Source: Octopus sinensis
Lineage: Eukaryota
DNA length: 64,000 nucleotides
Assembly (NCBI RefSeq): GCF_006345805.1
Contig: NC_043004.1
Span: 4,216,001 to 4,280,000 of the forward strand
Reading direction: 5' to 3'
Shown here: piece after piece, positions 39,214 to 51,190 of the stretch
Layout: the number at the start of each line of letters is the position of its first letter
Position numbering within the stretch: the stretch's first letter is position 1
The notes under the pieces: generated by a model
Told to the model about the DNA's origin: nothing
Seen by the model: only the letters and a program-made list of their open reading frames with translations
Database searches by the model: none
Made by a program: the position numbers and the translations under genes

Positions 39214-40823
39214 CAATACATACACACAAAATATAGAACTGTATACACACAAAAGATTTCATGAATGGATCTGTTTCAACAATGAGTATTCCAGTTGTTT
39301 GATCAACTGAACTGACTATTCATTGAATATATATAGTGAGGGTAGTTACAACTTAAACGGAATTCTTAGGTAGATTCAGCGTGACCCAGTGTGAGAAACT
39401 TAGCGTTTTGTATTAAAAGTTCTGTCCATCTGTCAGGCTGTCATAGTTCCTACTTAACCAATTTAACTCACAAGTGTGGGTTAGCTTGTGGTTAAGGTGA
39501 ATAAACACTTGACCAAGAGACCACAGGGTGTCATCGAACCTGCAGCACCAAACTTGTACGAAACCAACTTCTTAGCGTCTATACTAGTCATAGGCAATCT
39601 GCAGGACTTTCTTCGTGACACGCCTAATGAAAAATTACCTTGAAATTTTTCAGTAGTGCGGCCTGCTTCTCGAAAAAGAATGCCCAAGCCTCATTAGACC
39701 GTGCTTGGGTTCATAAACATACGTCATCCATGATGAAACCGAACCGGCTAGAACATCATAATGGAAGCGCAAACAGATGAAAACAGATCAACAGACTAGA
39801 AGTAAAATTGATTTTTCTCTATGAATAACTAATTAACAAGTAGAAATAATGCAAATCAAATCATAAATGAGCTAAAAAAAATTATTTTTTTTAAAAAACG
39901 CTATAAAAATATGTTCAGTGTAGACGAGTAAGTAGACATTAAATAGTTTAGTGCATTCCTCACAGTCGGAGGATGATGATGATGTAGGCAAGTCTGTTAT
40001 GTGAAACGAGGAGGAAGCAAATAGCCGATTTTGACTACAGGCGATTCAGAATACAACCAGCTTAGCATATAACGGAAAGGAGTGATGGGAAAGATGATGA
40101 GGAAATACTTAGAGAGTCAGTCCTACACGCATACCAATATGATAAAAAATAATTTTGAAAGCTGCTGCTGATTACGATGGTAAAGATTGGAGAAAAGATG
40201 AATGATGGATTACTAATATTACATCCGTTTTGAGTTTTTCGTTTGTTTATATTTCGTAAGTGCTAGTTAAAAGGTGTCAGACAGCAGCTGATTTCATGAT
40301 AAAGATTGTAAGAATATACTACTATACATGCGCACAGGGCAAAACTGAGCCATCACAATAGGCAAGACCTTTATAACATCATCACCAAACGACAACTGAT
40401 TGAAAAGGGGGTCACGAGGAGGACATAGTTGGAGAGAAATGGGTCAACGTATGGGTGGAGCAACACAGCTTCCTCGCACATACAGCCTCGCCCAAGATCC
40501 TATTATGACGCAAACAACTGTTGGTTGTCTGCTGCCAATTTCACCAAAAGACAAGAGTGGAGAGAAGAAATGCAAAAGGAGATACTGTTACGCATCCTCT
40601 TCAAACACACTTATAACTGCCTAAAATCTGGTGAGAGATGGAGGTGCGGCCTACTCTTTCCCTCCAAATAATACAAACCAACTCTCATAATCGTAAATTC
40701 GATAGCGCACGTGTGTGTGTGTGTGTGTGCATTTAAGTATATGTCTGGGCACAAAGTGATCAATGGATTCGCATCCATAAAGGGCCTTAGCCCCACGAAC
40801 GATCGTCAGACTGAAGCCGAAGG

Positions 40824-40873
<50 letters not shown>

Positions 40874-41150
40874 TACTGAGCTAATTGAACGAAACTTCAG
40901 TAACGGTGACTTTAATGCTTGATGTTATTTCATGTGAAATCGAAAGAATACCAAAAACCCTAACCCTAACCACCGGGCATATATATTTTTTATCTTCGCC
41001 GGTTTTTGTTCGTGTGTGGACAAACGGAAGAAAAGGTCGCTAAGACGTCTAGTAGCAGTTACAGGTATTATTTAAAACAGTTTGGTTGGGTTTCGAAATA
41101 CTTCAAGTAGCACAGAAACCGAATCAAACAGTTTTGAATAATAATAGTAA

Positions 41151-41187
<37 letters not shown>

Positions 41188-41969
41188 CTGAGTTTCGGAA
41201 TAAATACAATAACTAAATGTTACTTCTAGAAAATGTAAGATTTTCGGCTCTCTTCGTCACATAGGAGAGGGGGTTTTTTTTTAAATGATTTATAAATAAA
41301 CTTTAATTCATTTCCGTTTTTTTTTTATATTTCTTTTTCCACGAAAATAATCTGCGCTAATTGAACTCGAAATATTTTTGGGGAAAAAACCACCACACAC
41401 GCACAGTTACAACTATTCTAGTATCATATTGGAATATACTTCCACAGGTTTTATATACAGGGAAAATAAAAGAGAAAAAAACGTGTAGAAAACACGATAA
41501 AAAAAAAAAGAATTGTCAAGCTATGAGTAATTGCAGTTCACGATAATGAACATTCAATGATATTACGGATGTACATAACAAGCACATACATTCCACAGGC
41601 AAATATACGTTATTACGGGTCTAATATTTTGAATTATATATATATATTTTTTATTTCCCTAATTATAAGGAAATAAAACTATTTTATTTTTCGAATGACC
41701 GGAGAAAATATATTAACTTATATGTGAGTATAATTATACACACACACACATAAATATATATGCGCGCGCACGCAAACAGACTAAATACACACTGTAAAAG
41801 ATATATATGCATCGTACAAATGATCTTGAGTATGAATGTATTGTTTAGCCCGAGGTCACCATCATGGGGCTGAATCAAGTACGTTCCAGCTATGACCACA
41901 CCATTTCAAGACAGTGCATCTAGAACAACATCATTGGGCATTCTTTCATAAGTGTGTCCCTCAAAATAG

Positions 41970-42014
<45 letters not shown>

Positions 42015-43111
42015 AGACCGTAGACTCCTTTCTTATTTTGCGAACGAGTGCTCACCGACCACAACAGAATGTAGTATACTAAAAAGATATATTAAGAGAG
42101 CATGGTATGTATAAGGTCCGCTGAAAATATGAAAGAACGAAAGTAAAACTACAACAATATACTCAATGAGATAAAAGAAAAAAATTTCAGCAAACTCCAC
42201 CCAAACACAACCCCGCCTCCCTTTTTATTATACACATCAGAGATTAATCTTTCAATAAACGAGGGTTTACATATGCATCGTCACACACACACGCAGATAG
42301 GCATGCATAAATAAATATTACATACAATATACATGTGAATATATTTCTGACACTATACGCCTGTGTGTATGTATGAATGATTTACACATACACAGGCAAT
42401 GTTTCGGAATAAGTACATGACGTCAGTTATGAGTAAGTGCAGACGAAAGAATGTTACACACTCACTCATGACTTTTACCGAAAGATTGCCCATACACAAT
42501 ATATACGCGTGTATGTGTGTGTGTGTGTGTACACACACACAATATACATACATACGGACTGTAACATCATTCCCACCTGTTTATATATGAAGTCGTTTAC
42601 TATACAAATATACACACACAACCAAATCTCTAACGTCTTGAAAATTAAATAGAAATTTTAAAATAAAAATTGGAATTCTCATGATTAGAATATCCTTGAA
42701 GTATTTGCCAATGATGACTTGGATAGACACTCACTACTCGTCCACAAGCGAAACTTCGATACGATGGACACTGATAGATTTAAAATATCTATTTTCTTTT
42801 AATACATAAAAGTAAGGACTGCCTTACTTACAGAATAAAGCACTCAATACATGGTATAGTCTAATATTTATAATAATTTGAAAGTAAATTTGGGCGAGCT
42901 TTAATTTTAGGTACATGTAATCTGCAATACCAAAAACACCTAACTTTGAAGTTTGTTTGTTGCAAAGTTAAATGCACAGCTGACGAAAGTTCGAGATTAT
43001 ATATTATATATATATATATATATTATATATATATATATATATATACATTATACACACACACACATACATATAAAAAAATAAAAAACCAGAGAAATTTCAG
43101 ACAAAACTTAC

Positions 43112-43200
43112 TCTCTCTGCGTTTCCTCGGCTTTCGTCCGCCAGTACTTCACCTCATCTTCCTGCGAGGCAAACCTTATATTTGAATCGAGAACATCCAT
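43112..43200 (-). CDS. nudE: First coding exon of a NudE/NDE1/NDEL1-like dynein regulator; the rest of the gene was not found in the window
   Basis: The minus strand reads cacgATG GAT GTT CTC GAT TCA AAT ATA AGG TTT GCC TCG CAG GAA GAT GAG GTG AAG TAC TGG CGG ACG AAA GCC GAG GAA ACG CAG AGA GA|GTAAGTTT, 89 nt with a consensus donor in phase 2. The peptide matches the F-x-S-x-E-x-E-x-x-YW pattern of NDE1/NDEL1 N-termini (recalled). The intron falls in the 12th codon counting from the Y of YW, as in human NDEL1. The downstream SRELEAELE exon was not seen, which limits confidence. Confidence 0.72.
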
Positions 43201-43530
43201 CGTGAAGTCCTTGAGTTTTGTTGAGAGGGCCAAATGAAAACCCTCCCTTGTAATTAAAGACAGTAACAACAGGCTTTCTTTCAACCCTCAAAGATTGATT
43301 AAATCACACACGGTGTATGCTGTTTATAATATTTATAATCTATGATGATTTGAATATATAATTATATATATATATATACATATAATAAGGAAGAAACCGA
43401 GTTAAACGGTTTGCCAAAAAGAATTACTAGAATATTATAGAAGCGATGTTGTAGATGAAAAGACAACTATTAAATATTGTTATTTAGACATTTAGGTATC
43501 CGAGCAGAAGGTTTAATTTCTTGGACTCAC

Positions 43531-43870
43531 GACATAACGGTTAGATAGATGGTCTCTTCAAATCATGTCTGGTCTCAAAATAAGAAAAGAGAAGAACTGG
43601 TGGAGTCGTTAATGTTGCTTTTGGTAGGAATATCTCATACTCCTGGAACGATTCCAGTAATATATTTCACTGTTTTTTGTCTCTCTCTCCCAGATGATGA
43701 AAGAAAATACAGCAATTTGTAATCCAGACTGGAAGTTTTCTGCGAGGAAAGCAGACAGAAGATGAGGGGGAAAAAAATAGAGATAAAAGGTTTCTAGGAC
43801 AAAATTTTAAAATTCAAACAGGCGAACGAATTAGAACGATAGCAGCGTTGGCAGCTGTGGTCACCACTGA
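43531..43870 (-). other. Candidate non-coding (5' UTR) first exon of the nudE-like gene
   Basis: Donor tgtc|GTGAGT at 43530 on the minus strand. The sequence is unique, CpG-containing and pyrimidine-rich on the minus strand, and lies just downstream of promoter-like motifs. The 5' end is an estimate. Confidence 0.4.
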
Positions 43871-43910
43871 TGCTTCTGCGCATGGCATGACATGTAGTAC
43901 TTCCGGTAGG
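43870..43910 (-). promoter_or_regulatory. Candidate TATA-less housekeeping promoter
   Basis: TGCGCATG (NRF1-like) at 43877-43884 and ACTTCCGG (ETS-like) at 43899-43906 cluster within 30 bp, about 0.7 kb upstream of the ATG, in CpG-retaining DNA. Confidence 0.45.
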
Positions 43911-44016
43911 AAAACCTAACTCATGTTACTTTTATTTCTTTTCTCACCCACCTTCTCTTATTTGCTGAAAGTTATTTTCTAAAATTAGATTTGTATATTA
44001 CATAAATATATATATA

Positions 44017-44411
44017 CTAGCAGTATCGCCCGGCGTTGCTCGGGTTTGTAAGGGAAATAATTATATAAGCATTTTTAGAGATGTAAAGTATAATAGCCAT
44101 CTCAATATGGCTAACCACAAAGGGGGAGGGGTGTTACTGTAGCTTTTTACGTTCTGAGATTTAATAATAAATTTTAGAGAGTTACTTCCCTTATATATGT
44201 CAAAAATGGATTAAAAATGGGAAAAATTGATGGTAAATTTTTTTTTTAATCGTAGACTCATCGTAGACGCGCGCTAATACCCAGACGGTCTCGATATGAA
44301 TCACGACTATAAGATACCCGGTTTTGGTTAAACTGCACCGCAAAATGTGGGAGTAGTTAAGAATCTAAATCGTAGGAGACAGACACACAACCTCACTTTT
44401 ATATATAAAGA
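44017..44411 (-). mobile_element. Non-autonomous Helitron
   Basis: On the minus strand: A|TCTTTATA ... CCCGAGCAACGCCGGG-cgatactg-CTAG|T. This gives 5' TC, a 3' hairpin plus CTAG, and an AT target. Confidence 0.8.
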
Positions 44412-44577
44412 TTTCCTCTATTTACATAATATTGAGGTCTCTTTCTTTCTTTTGTTATCTTACTGTTTTTACCAATATACATATATATATATATATATAT
44501 AAATATATATATAGTTACAGAGATGTACTTGCATAGCAAGTGACTTGATCTGAGATCGTGTGCTGGAACGAAAACAG

Positions 44578-44836
44578 TTGCAGCGTTGAAGGTGTTTATA
44601 AGCCATTTAAGAAACACACAAAAACCGTTAGATTCACTTCAACATTTAAATTTAATTTGTCAAAATATTTTCATCGCTTTGAGACCGCGACCTGTTAGCA
44701 CGATATTTTTGTCAGTGAACAGGTCGCGGTCTCAAAGCGACGAAAATATTTTGGCAAATTAAATTTAAATGTTGAAGTGAATGTAACGGTTTTTGTGTGT
44801 TTCTTAAATGGCTTACAAACACCTTCCACGCTGCAA
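44578..44836. repeat. Fold-back palindrome (about 119-bp arms, about 21-nt spacer) within a dispersed repeat
   Basis: 44578-44696 is the approximate reverse complement of 44718-44836. A single-arm copy of the same repeat lies at 55923-56066. Confidence 0.9.
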
Positions 44837-45193
44837 TATATATATACACACATATATATATGTATGTATGTATGTGTGTATATGTGTATGCATGTATGTG
44901 TGTGTGTGTGCGTGTCTGTGCTTGTGATTGTCCTCCACCACTGCTTGACAACGAATGTTGGTTTGTTTACATCCCTGTCACCTAGTGGTTTGACAAAGGA
45001 AACAGATAGAATAAGTACAATGCTTACAAAAATAAAACGAGTTGATTCATTAAACTACAATTCTTCAAGGCATTGCCCCAGCATGGCCACAGACCAATGG
45101 CTGGAAAAAGCAGAAGAATAAAAGAATACATTCTCTGCTTTGGTCTTATGTTCAAGGCATGAGAAAGCTTGAGTTTACATGAGAAGGCCTAAC

Positions 45194-45675
45194 AGACCTG
45201 GTAGAAACAGCAGCCAAATCTCCCTCAAATCACACCTTACTGTCTTATGTATGTATATATATATGAGCCAATGAGGGGGACCTCTACATGGTAGCTAGAC
45301 CTGGTAGAAATAGCAGCCAAATTTCCCCCAAATCACACCTTACTGTCTTATCTATGTATATATGTATGTATGAGCCTATGAGGGAGACCCCTACATGGCA
45401 GCTAGACCTGGTAGAAATAGCAGCCAAATTTCCCCCAAATCACACCTTACTGTCTTATCTATGTATATATGTATGTATGAGCTATGAGGGAGACCCCTAC
45501 ATGGCAGCTAGACCTGGTAGAAATAGCAGCCAAATTCCCCCAAACCACACCTTACTGTCTTATCTATGTATATATGTATGTATGAGCCTATGAGGGAGAC
45601 CCCTACATGGCAGCTAGACATGGTAGAAATAGCAGCCAAATCTCCCTCAAATCACACCTTACTGTCTTATCTTTC
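45194..45675. repeat. Tandem repeat with a 103-107-bp unit, about 4.5 copies
   Basis: Units start (agac.tggtagaaa) at 45194, 45297, 45404, 45510 and 45616. Confidence 0.95.
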
Positions 45676-46207
45676 TGCTACTTGGATATAGGTGTTATAT
45701 TCGTCGTAAAAAAACTTTCCTGTCACACACACACGCACACACACACACACACACACACGCACCCTCACACACACACACGCGCACACCCACACACACGCGC
45801 ACACCCACACACACCCACTCACACACACGCACGTTAGCTTACAATTTTATTTATATATTTGCGTGTCTATGTGTTGAAAGAGGAAGTGGGAGGCAGAGTG
45901 AAAGAATCACTCACTACAGTAAGTCAATTACTTTCATTTTATTCGTTGCCCACTGTGTGTGTGCGTTTGCGTGTGGTGTAAACCAGACTAAGAAAAGCAT
46001 TTGACACACACACCAGAATGTGAGTTTTCTGTAAATTTTGCTTAACTGGAGTTTAAATTTTAAAAACTGGACCTGGCATGACGCGATGCATTGTACTCTT
46101 AAAAATGCAAGGTAAATTGTAATTGAAGAAATCCTATATTGTAGATTTGTATAACTCCCAAAGGGAGGCAGATAAAATCTGCCTTTTATAATAAGAGATA
46201 TATATAT

Positions 46208-46884
46208 GCCTTGTGAGTGGATTTGGTAGACGGAAACTGACTGTAAGGAGCCTGTCGTATATATGTATATATAAATATATATATATATATATATTTATAA
46301 ATAGATGTGAGTGTATTTTTACCTTGTTAACAATTAACACGGAAAAAATAAATAAATAGTTACCAGGGCAGCAAAAATCTCACAAGTAAAGGTGTTGTAA
46401 CTCCTTGTTTATAAAGGTAGAAACTTCGTGTTTACGTTGAATATTTTGAATAATATGAATAAAAAAATGGAGTTAACGCAGGTGTAATCAAATATTTTTA
46501 CTTTCGACACATGTTTCGAAAATTCCACTGATACTATTCAAAAGAATAAATGGTATAAACAATGCAATCTTCTCCTCAGGAAAGTAAAAAAGACGAAACT
46601 CGTCAATAAGACATTTTAGCAAAAAAAATATACATATATATATATATATGTATGTGTGTGTGTATATATATGTTTGTGTGTCCGTGTTTGTCCCCCAAGC
46701 ATTGCTTGACAACCGATGCTGGTGTGTTTACGTCCCCGTCACTTAGCGGTTCGGCAAAAGGGTCCGATAGAATAAGTACTGGGCTTACAAAGAATAAGTC
46801 CCGGGGTCGATTTGCTCGACTAAAGGCAGTGCTCCAACATGGCCACAGTCAAATGACTGAAACAAGTAAAAGAGTAAAAGAGAG
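46208..46884 (+). mobile_element. Family A SINE pieces (CpG-intact body at about 46650-46884)
   Basis: gccttgtgagtggatttggtagacggaaactga at 46208, and the body cttagcggttcggcaaaag...ggggtcgatttgctcgactaaaggc. Confidence 0.75.
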
Positions 46885-47784
46885 TATCTATACACACACA
46901 CACACACACACATACATATAATATTATTTATTTACCCATTTCTTAAGCCTCGTTTTTACATTTTTGTTTAGTTTTGTAGTATGAAATACCAATAAGTGTA
47001 AAAATTTCAGATGTAAAATTATACATAAATATTTTAGATAGAAAAATATGCACACACACACAATTCACTGGTTTCATTTTTTACCATTTTTCTATAGTTT
47101 AGTTTGCTTTCGTACATTTGCACCATACACACACACATACACACGTGTAGATCCTTGCATTTGTATACACATATCATAATCATCATTTTATATCTGTTTT
47201 CCATGTTCCATGCTATCATGGGTTGGACACTATAATCGGGTCCAACAAGCCAAAGGAATGCATGGCGCTCCAATGTTTACTTTAACATAGTTTCTACAAC
47301 TTGATGCCCTTCCTAGTGCCAACTACTTTACAGCATGCACAGTGTGCATTTGTTCTCTTTTCATCCCTCTAGTGAGGTTACCAAGTAACTTACAATACAA
47401 GTTTCCTTGGTAGAGTGGGAGTGCAAAAATATAAAAATATAAAAATAAAAAACAGACTATACACACATATATCAAAAGCTAACTCATCATTTAGGCTCCG
47501 ACTGAGCTGGCACATGATCAAAACCATTCCAGACATGACCATTTCATCTTTATTCAAGCATGACTATCAAAGACTACATTATGTTTCCTCTGCTGTTTCT
47601 TTTTTTAAGACACTAAACTGTGACATGGCTGCCTTTTCTAGCTGGTCAAGCAGACACCTAGAGATTTCCACAATGATTTTCCAATAACCATGTGAATTCT
47701 TGTTAGCTGATATTTCTACAAAGTTGTATTGTACATTTTTTTTTTTTTTTTTTTTTTTTTACTTCATCCACCAATCCGATCATG

Positions 47785-47995
47785 GCTGTTGCCAGCCTCG
47801 CCTGGCACGTAAAGAGCACCCACTACACTCACGGAGTGGTTGGCATTAGGAAGGGCATCCAGCTGTAGAAACACTGCCAGATCAGACTGGAGCCTGGTGC
47901 AGCCTTTCCGGCTTCCCAGATCCCAGGTCGAACCGTCCAACCCATGCTAGCATGGAGAACGGACATTAAACGATGATGATGATGATGATGATGAT
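47785..47995 (+). mobile_element. Family C element, 3' part
   Basis: gcacgtaaagagcacccactacactcacggagtggttggcattaggaagggcatccagc ... ggacattaaacgatgatgatgat. Confidence 0.85.
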
Positions 47996-48547
47996 GTGGC
48001 TTTGTGTTGGGTATTAAGAGGCTAAAGTACGACAGAGACACAGGAACAAATGTCTTATTGTAGGGCTACCCTAGCAGGAAAGAGAGAAAGAATGATGGAG
48101 ATGATGTGTCAAGGCATACCTTCAAGGTACAAGGTGGTGGATAAAGAGAGAATAGGGACAGAGAAGCAAGGATGGGTAGGTTCCTGAGAGCAGGAAAGGA
48201 GAGTGACAGATGAATGGAAATGGCTGTAGAGGTGAATACAGTAATTGGTGAACATGGACAGGGATATGGTCAATGGTGAACTTCAGTTTGGTGGGGAAGG
48301 TAAAGGGGAAAAAAATTGGAGTGAGTCAGAGAAAAGGGAATGATATTTGACAGTATGTAAAAGGGAGAGAAGGTGAAAAGCAATGGTATTACGAAACTAG
48401 AAACATATGAGAAATAGAGAGATGATTTTCAAGTTTGAAGGAGAGAGAAGGGTTTACAGTGAGAGGGACAGAGGTTAGAGGTACATGGGGGTAAACATAA
48501 GGGGTGACAAAGATAAGTGGAGAAAACTATCAATGGCAGATTTGAGA

Positions 48548-48970
48548 GGCGCAGGAGTGGCTGTGTAGTAAGTAGCTTGCTTACCAACCACATGGTTCTG
48601 GGTTCAGTCCCACTGCATGGCACCTTGGGTAAGTGTCTTCTACTTTAGCCTCAGACTGACCAAAGCCTTGTGAGTGGATTTGGTAGATGGAAACTGAAAG
48701 AAGCCCGTCGTATATATGTATGTATATATATATATGTATGTATGTGTGTGTATATGTTTGTGTGTCTGTTTGTCCCCCTGACATCGCTTGACAACCAATG
48801 CTGGTGTGTTTACGTCCCTGTAACTTAGCGGTGCAGCAAAAAGAGACCGATAGAATAAGTACTAGGCTTACAAAGAATAAGTCCCGGGGCTGATTTGCTC
48901 GACTAAAGGTGGTGCTCCAGCATGGCTGCAGTCAAATGATTGAAACAAGTAAAAGAGTAACAGAGTAACA
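48548..48970 (+). mobile_element. Full-length family A tRNA-derived SINE (CORE-like ccttgggtaagt segment)
   Basis: A-box-like tggctgtgtag, B-box-like ggttcagtccc, a central (TA/TG)n spacer and an (agagtaa)n tail. Confidence 0.85.
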
Positions 48971-49104
48971 GAAAGGGATGTTCAGTGGAAAATAAATTCG
49001 TAAGGGACAATGTTAAAATGCATGATGGGTGACAAGAGAAGTGATTCCAAGGAGACCTTTAACTAGTAACACAAAACGATGATGGAGTGAAAGATGTGCA
49101 GTTC

Positions 49105-49440
49105 TGCTCTCGTAAAATTACAGCATAATGGGACTGCAGTATTCGTCCCATGATCACGAAATCGTGAGTTCAATTCCCAGCAATGCATTGTGTCCTTGAG
49201 CAAGACTCCTTTATTTCACATTGCTCCAGTCCACTTAGCTGGCAAAAATGAATAGTAACTGTATTTCAAAGTGGCATTCTTGTCACATTCTGTGTCATGC
49301 TGAATCTCCACGAGAACTATGTTAAGGGCACATGTGTCTGTGGAGTGCTCAGCCACAAGCATGTTAATTTCATGAGCAGGCTGTTCCATCAATAAGATCA
49401 ACTGGAACCCTTGTCATCATAACTGACAGAGTGCCAGTTT
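49105..49440 (+). mobile_element. tRNA-derived SINE of another family
   Basis: B-box-like gagttcaattccc followed by tgtgtccttgagcaagac (CORE-like). It is decayed and there is only one clear copy here. Confidence 0.5.
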
Positions 49441-49975
49441 AATGGGGCTGCATTATGTTCCCACTCCTATGAATAAACAATGAAGGGCCGATGGATGATG
49501 TGAAAGGACTCCAAGAAATTGTAGGGAAAGAGAAAGTGCAGACTGAACAGGAGATGGACTTTGACTATATGGAACATGCAAGTGATAATCTGTTAAAGTC
49601 CAAATTTAGAATCTATGGACAACTAAACTTTAACTACTAAGTCATGAGCACTTTTTTATTCACCAACACTTGGGTCACTCATGGACAGACACCCCTCTTT
49701 GCAACACCTTATTGTATGCATGAATAGGCCAGTGTGAGAAAATAAAGAAAGGGTCTTCATCATCACCATCGTCACCATTATCTTTAAAGCATTGGAAAAA
49801 GTAACTTGCAGCATTTGCTCAAGCTGTTTATGTTCTGACTTCAAATGCTGCTGAAGTTAACATTACCATTCATCCCTCTGAGATTAATGAAATAAAGTAC
49901 CAGTCAAGTATCGACTAATAATATTCCATAAAATCTGTAGACCAAATACCTCAATTATGGACAATTATTAAAGGC

Positions 49976-50351
49976 AACAAGAGCACTCAGAGAGAGAAGA
50001 TTTCTGCCAAGGCAACACCAACGTCATCTCAATGATTAGCCAGAGATGATTTTTTATTGAGAATATCCGAAATAAACTTGACTATTCTCACAAACGAGAA
50101 TACTAAAAATGAACCCAACCGCTCTCAAAAATTAAGTAAAAAAAAAACAGAAAAATAATACAGAATCCTTGTCCAGTACCAGATCGATCCCAAAATCTAA
50201 TAAGTTCATGCCAGTCATGAGACCAAACATCCCTGAAAGCTTCATCTGAATCCATTTAGCAGTTCTTGAGATATCTTGTTCAAGGACAAAGAAAGAAACA
50301 AACAAACGTGACTAAAAACAATACCTCTGCCTTCGCTAAGACAGAGGTAAT
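49976..50351 (+). mobile_element. Second copy of the terminal-hairpin element at 8776
   Basis: Collinear with 8776-9141. The 3' stem-loop is acctctg-c-ctt-cgct-aag-a-cagaggt. Confidence 0.65.
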
Positions 50352-51099
50352 AAGCTGGCAGAATCATTACAGCATTGGATAAAAATGCCTTGAGTTATTT
50401 GTTCCATCTCTTTACATCCTGATTTCAAATCTTGCTGAGGTCAACTTTGCTTTTCATCCTTTCAGGGTTGATAAATTAAGTACCAGTGAAATACTGGGGT
50501 CGATGTAATCGACTAGTCCTCTCCCCCTAAATTTCCAGCCTTGTGCCTAAAGTAGAAAGGATTATTGTTACTATTATTATTATTATTGAGTGAGAAAGCA
50601 ACACATGCCATCAAAGTGACACTGGGGTACAAATATACAAAGTCCAATATACTCATCATGACTACCCATCTGATAAGGGAACATGAGGCACATGCATTAC
50701 AACCATATGTGCACAACATGGTGATCTCATATCAAGATAAATAGCACAATGACCTTGCAGGTGGGGCACAGTTAGAATTTTCTTCAAGTTGAGAAGCTGA
50801 TCCTGCTCAAAAAGTCCCTGAATAAGGGTTATTTAAGGATGATGAAACACCCATATTTCCAGGAGTGAATTGGTCAAACCCCAAAGAATCCTTCTCAACA
50901 CATGGCTGTGATGCTCTTCCACTGCTCCTGCTCGTGATCAGAGATGCACATATCATCAGCCACTAAGGGACATGCTCAACTGGTTAAGGTCAAACAACTG
51001 ACAAGGAAATCTATTGTAGAGAGCAGAATATTTGCTATGGCCTATCTTTTATACACCAGGACAAAACAGGCACATGATAACACTTCCAATAATTGTCAT

Positions 51100-51150
51100 T
51101 ACAACTACTACTACTACTACTACTACTATTATCATTACTATTATCATTAC

Positions 51151-51189
<39 letters not shown>

Positions 51190-51190
51190 G
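51100..51190. repeat. (TAC)n/(TAT)n microsatellite
   Basis: Trinucleotide run, and the source of the poly-Y and poly-I ORFs. Confidence 0.95.

Noticed and set aside
40955-40971. (CCCTAA)-like telomeric motif
   Set aside because: There are fewer than three units, which is not meaningful.
41820-41950. Short coding-looking segment with another in-frame TGA on the minus strand
   Set aside because: There are no convincing splice sites, hairpin or recognisable peptide.
45194-45675. Regularly spaced repeats superficially like a CRISPR array
   Set aside because: The whole unit repeats with no unique spacers, the context is eukaryotic, and there are no cas genes.
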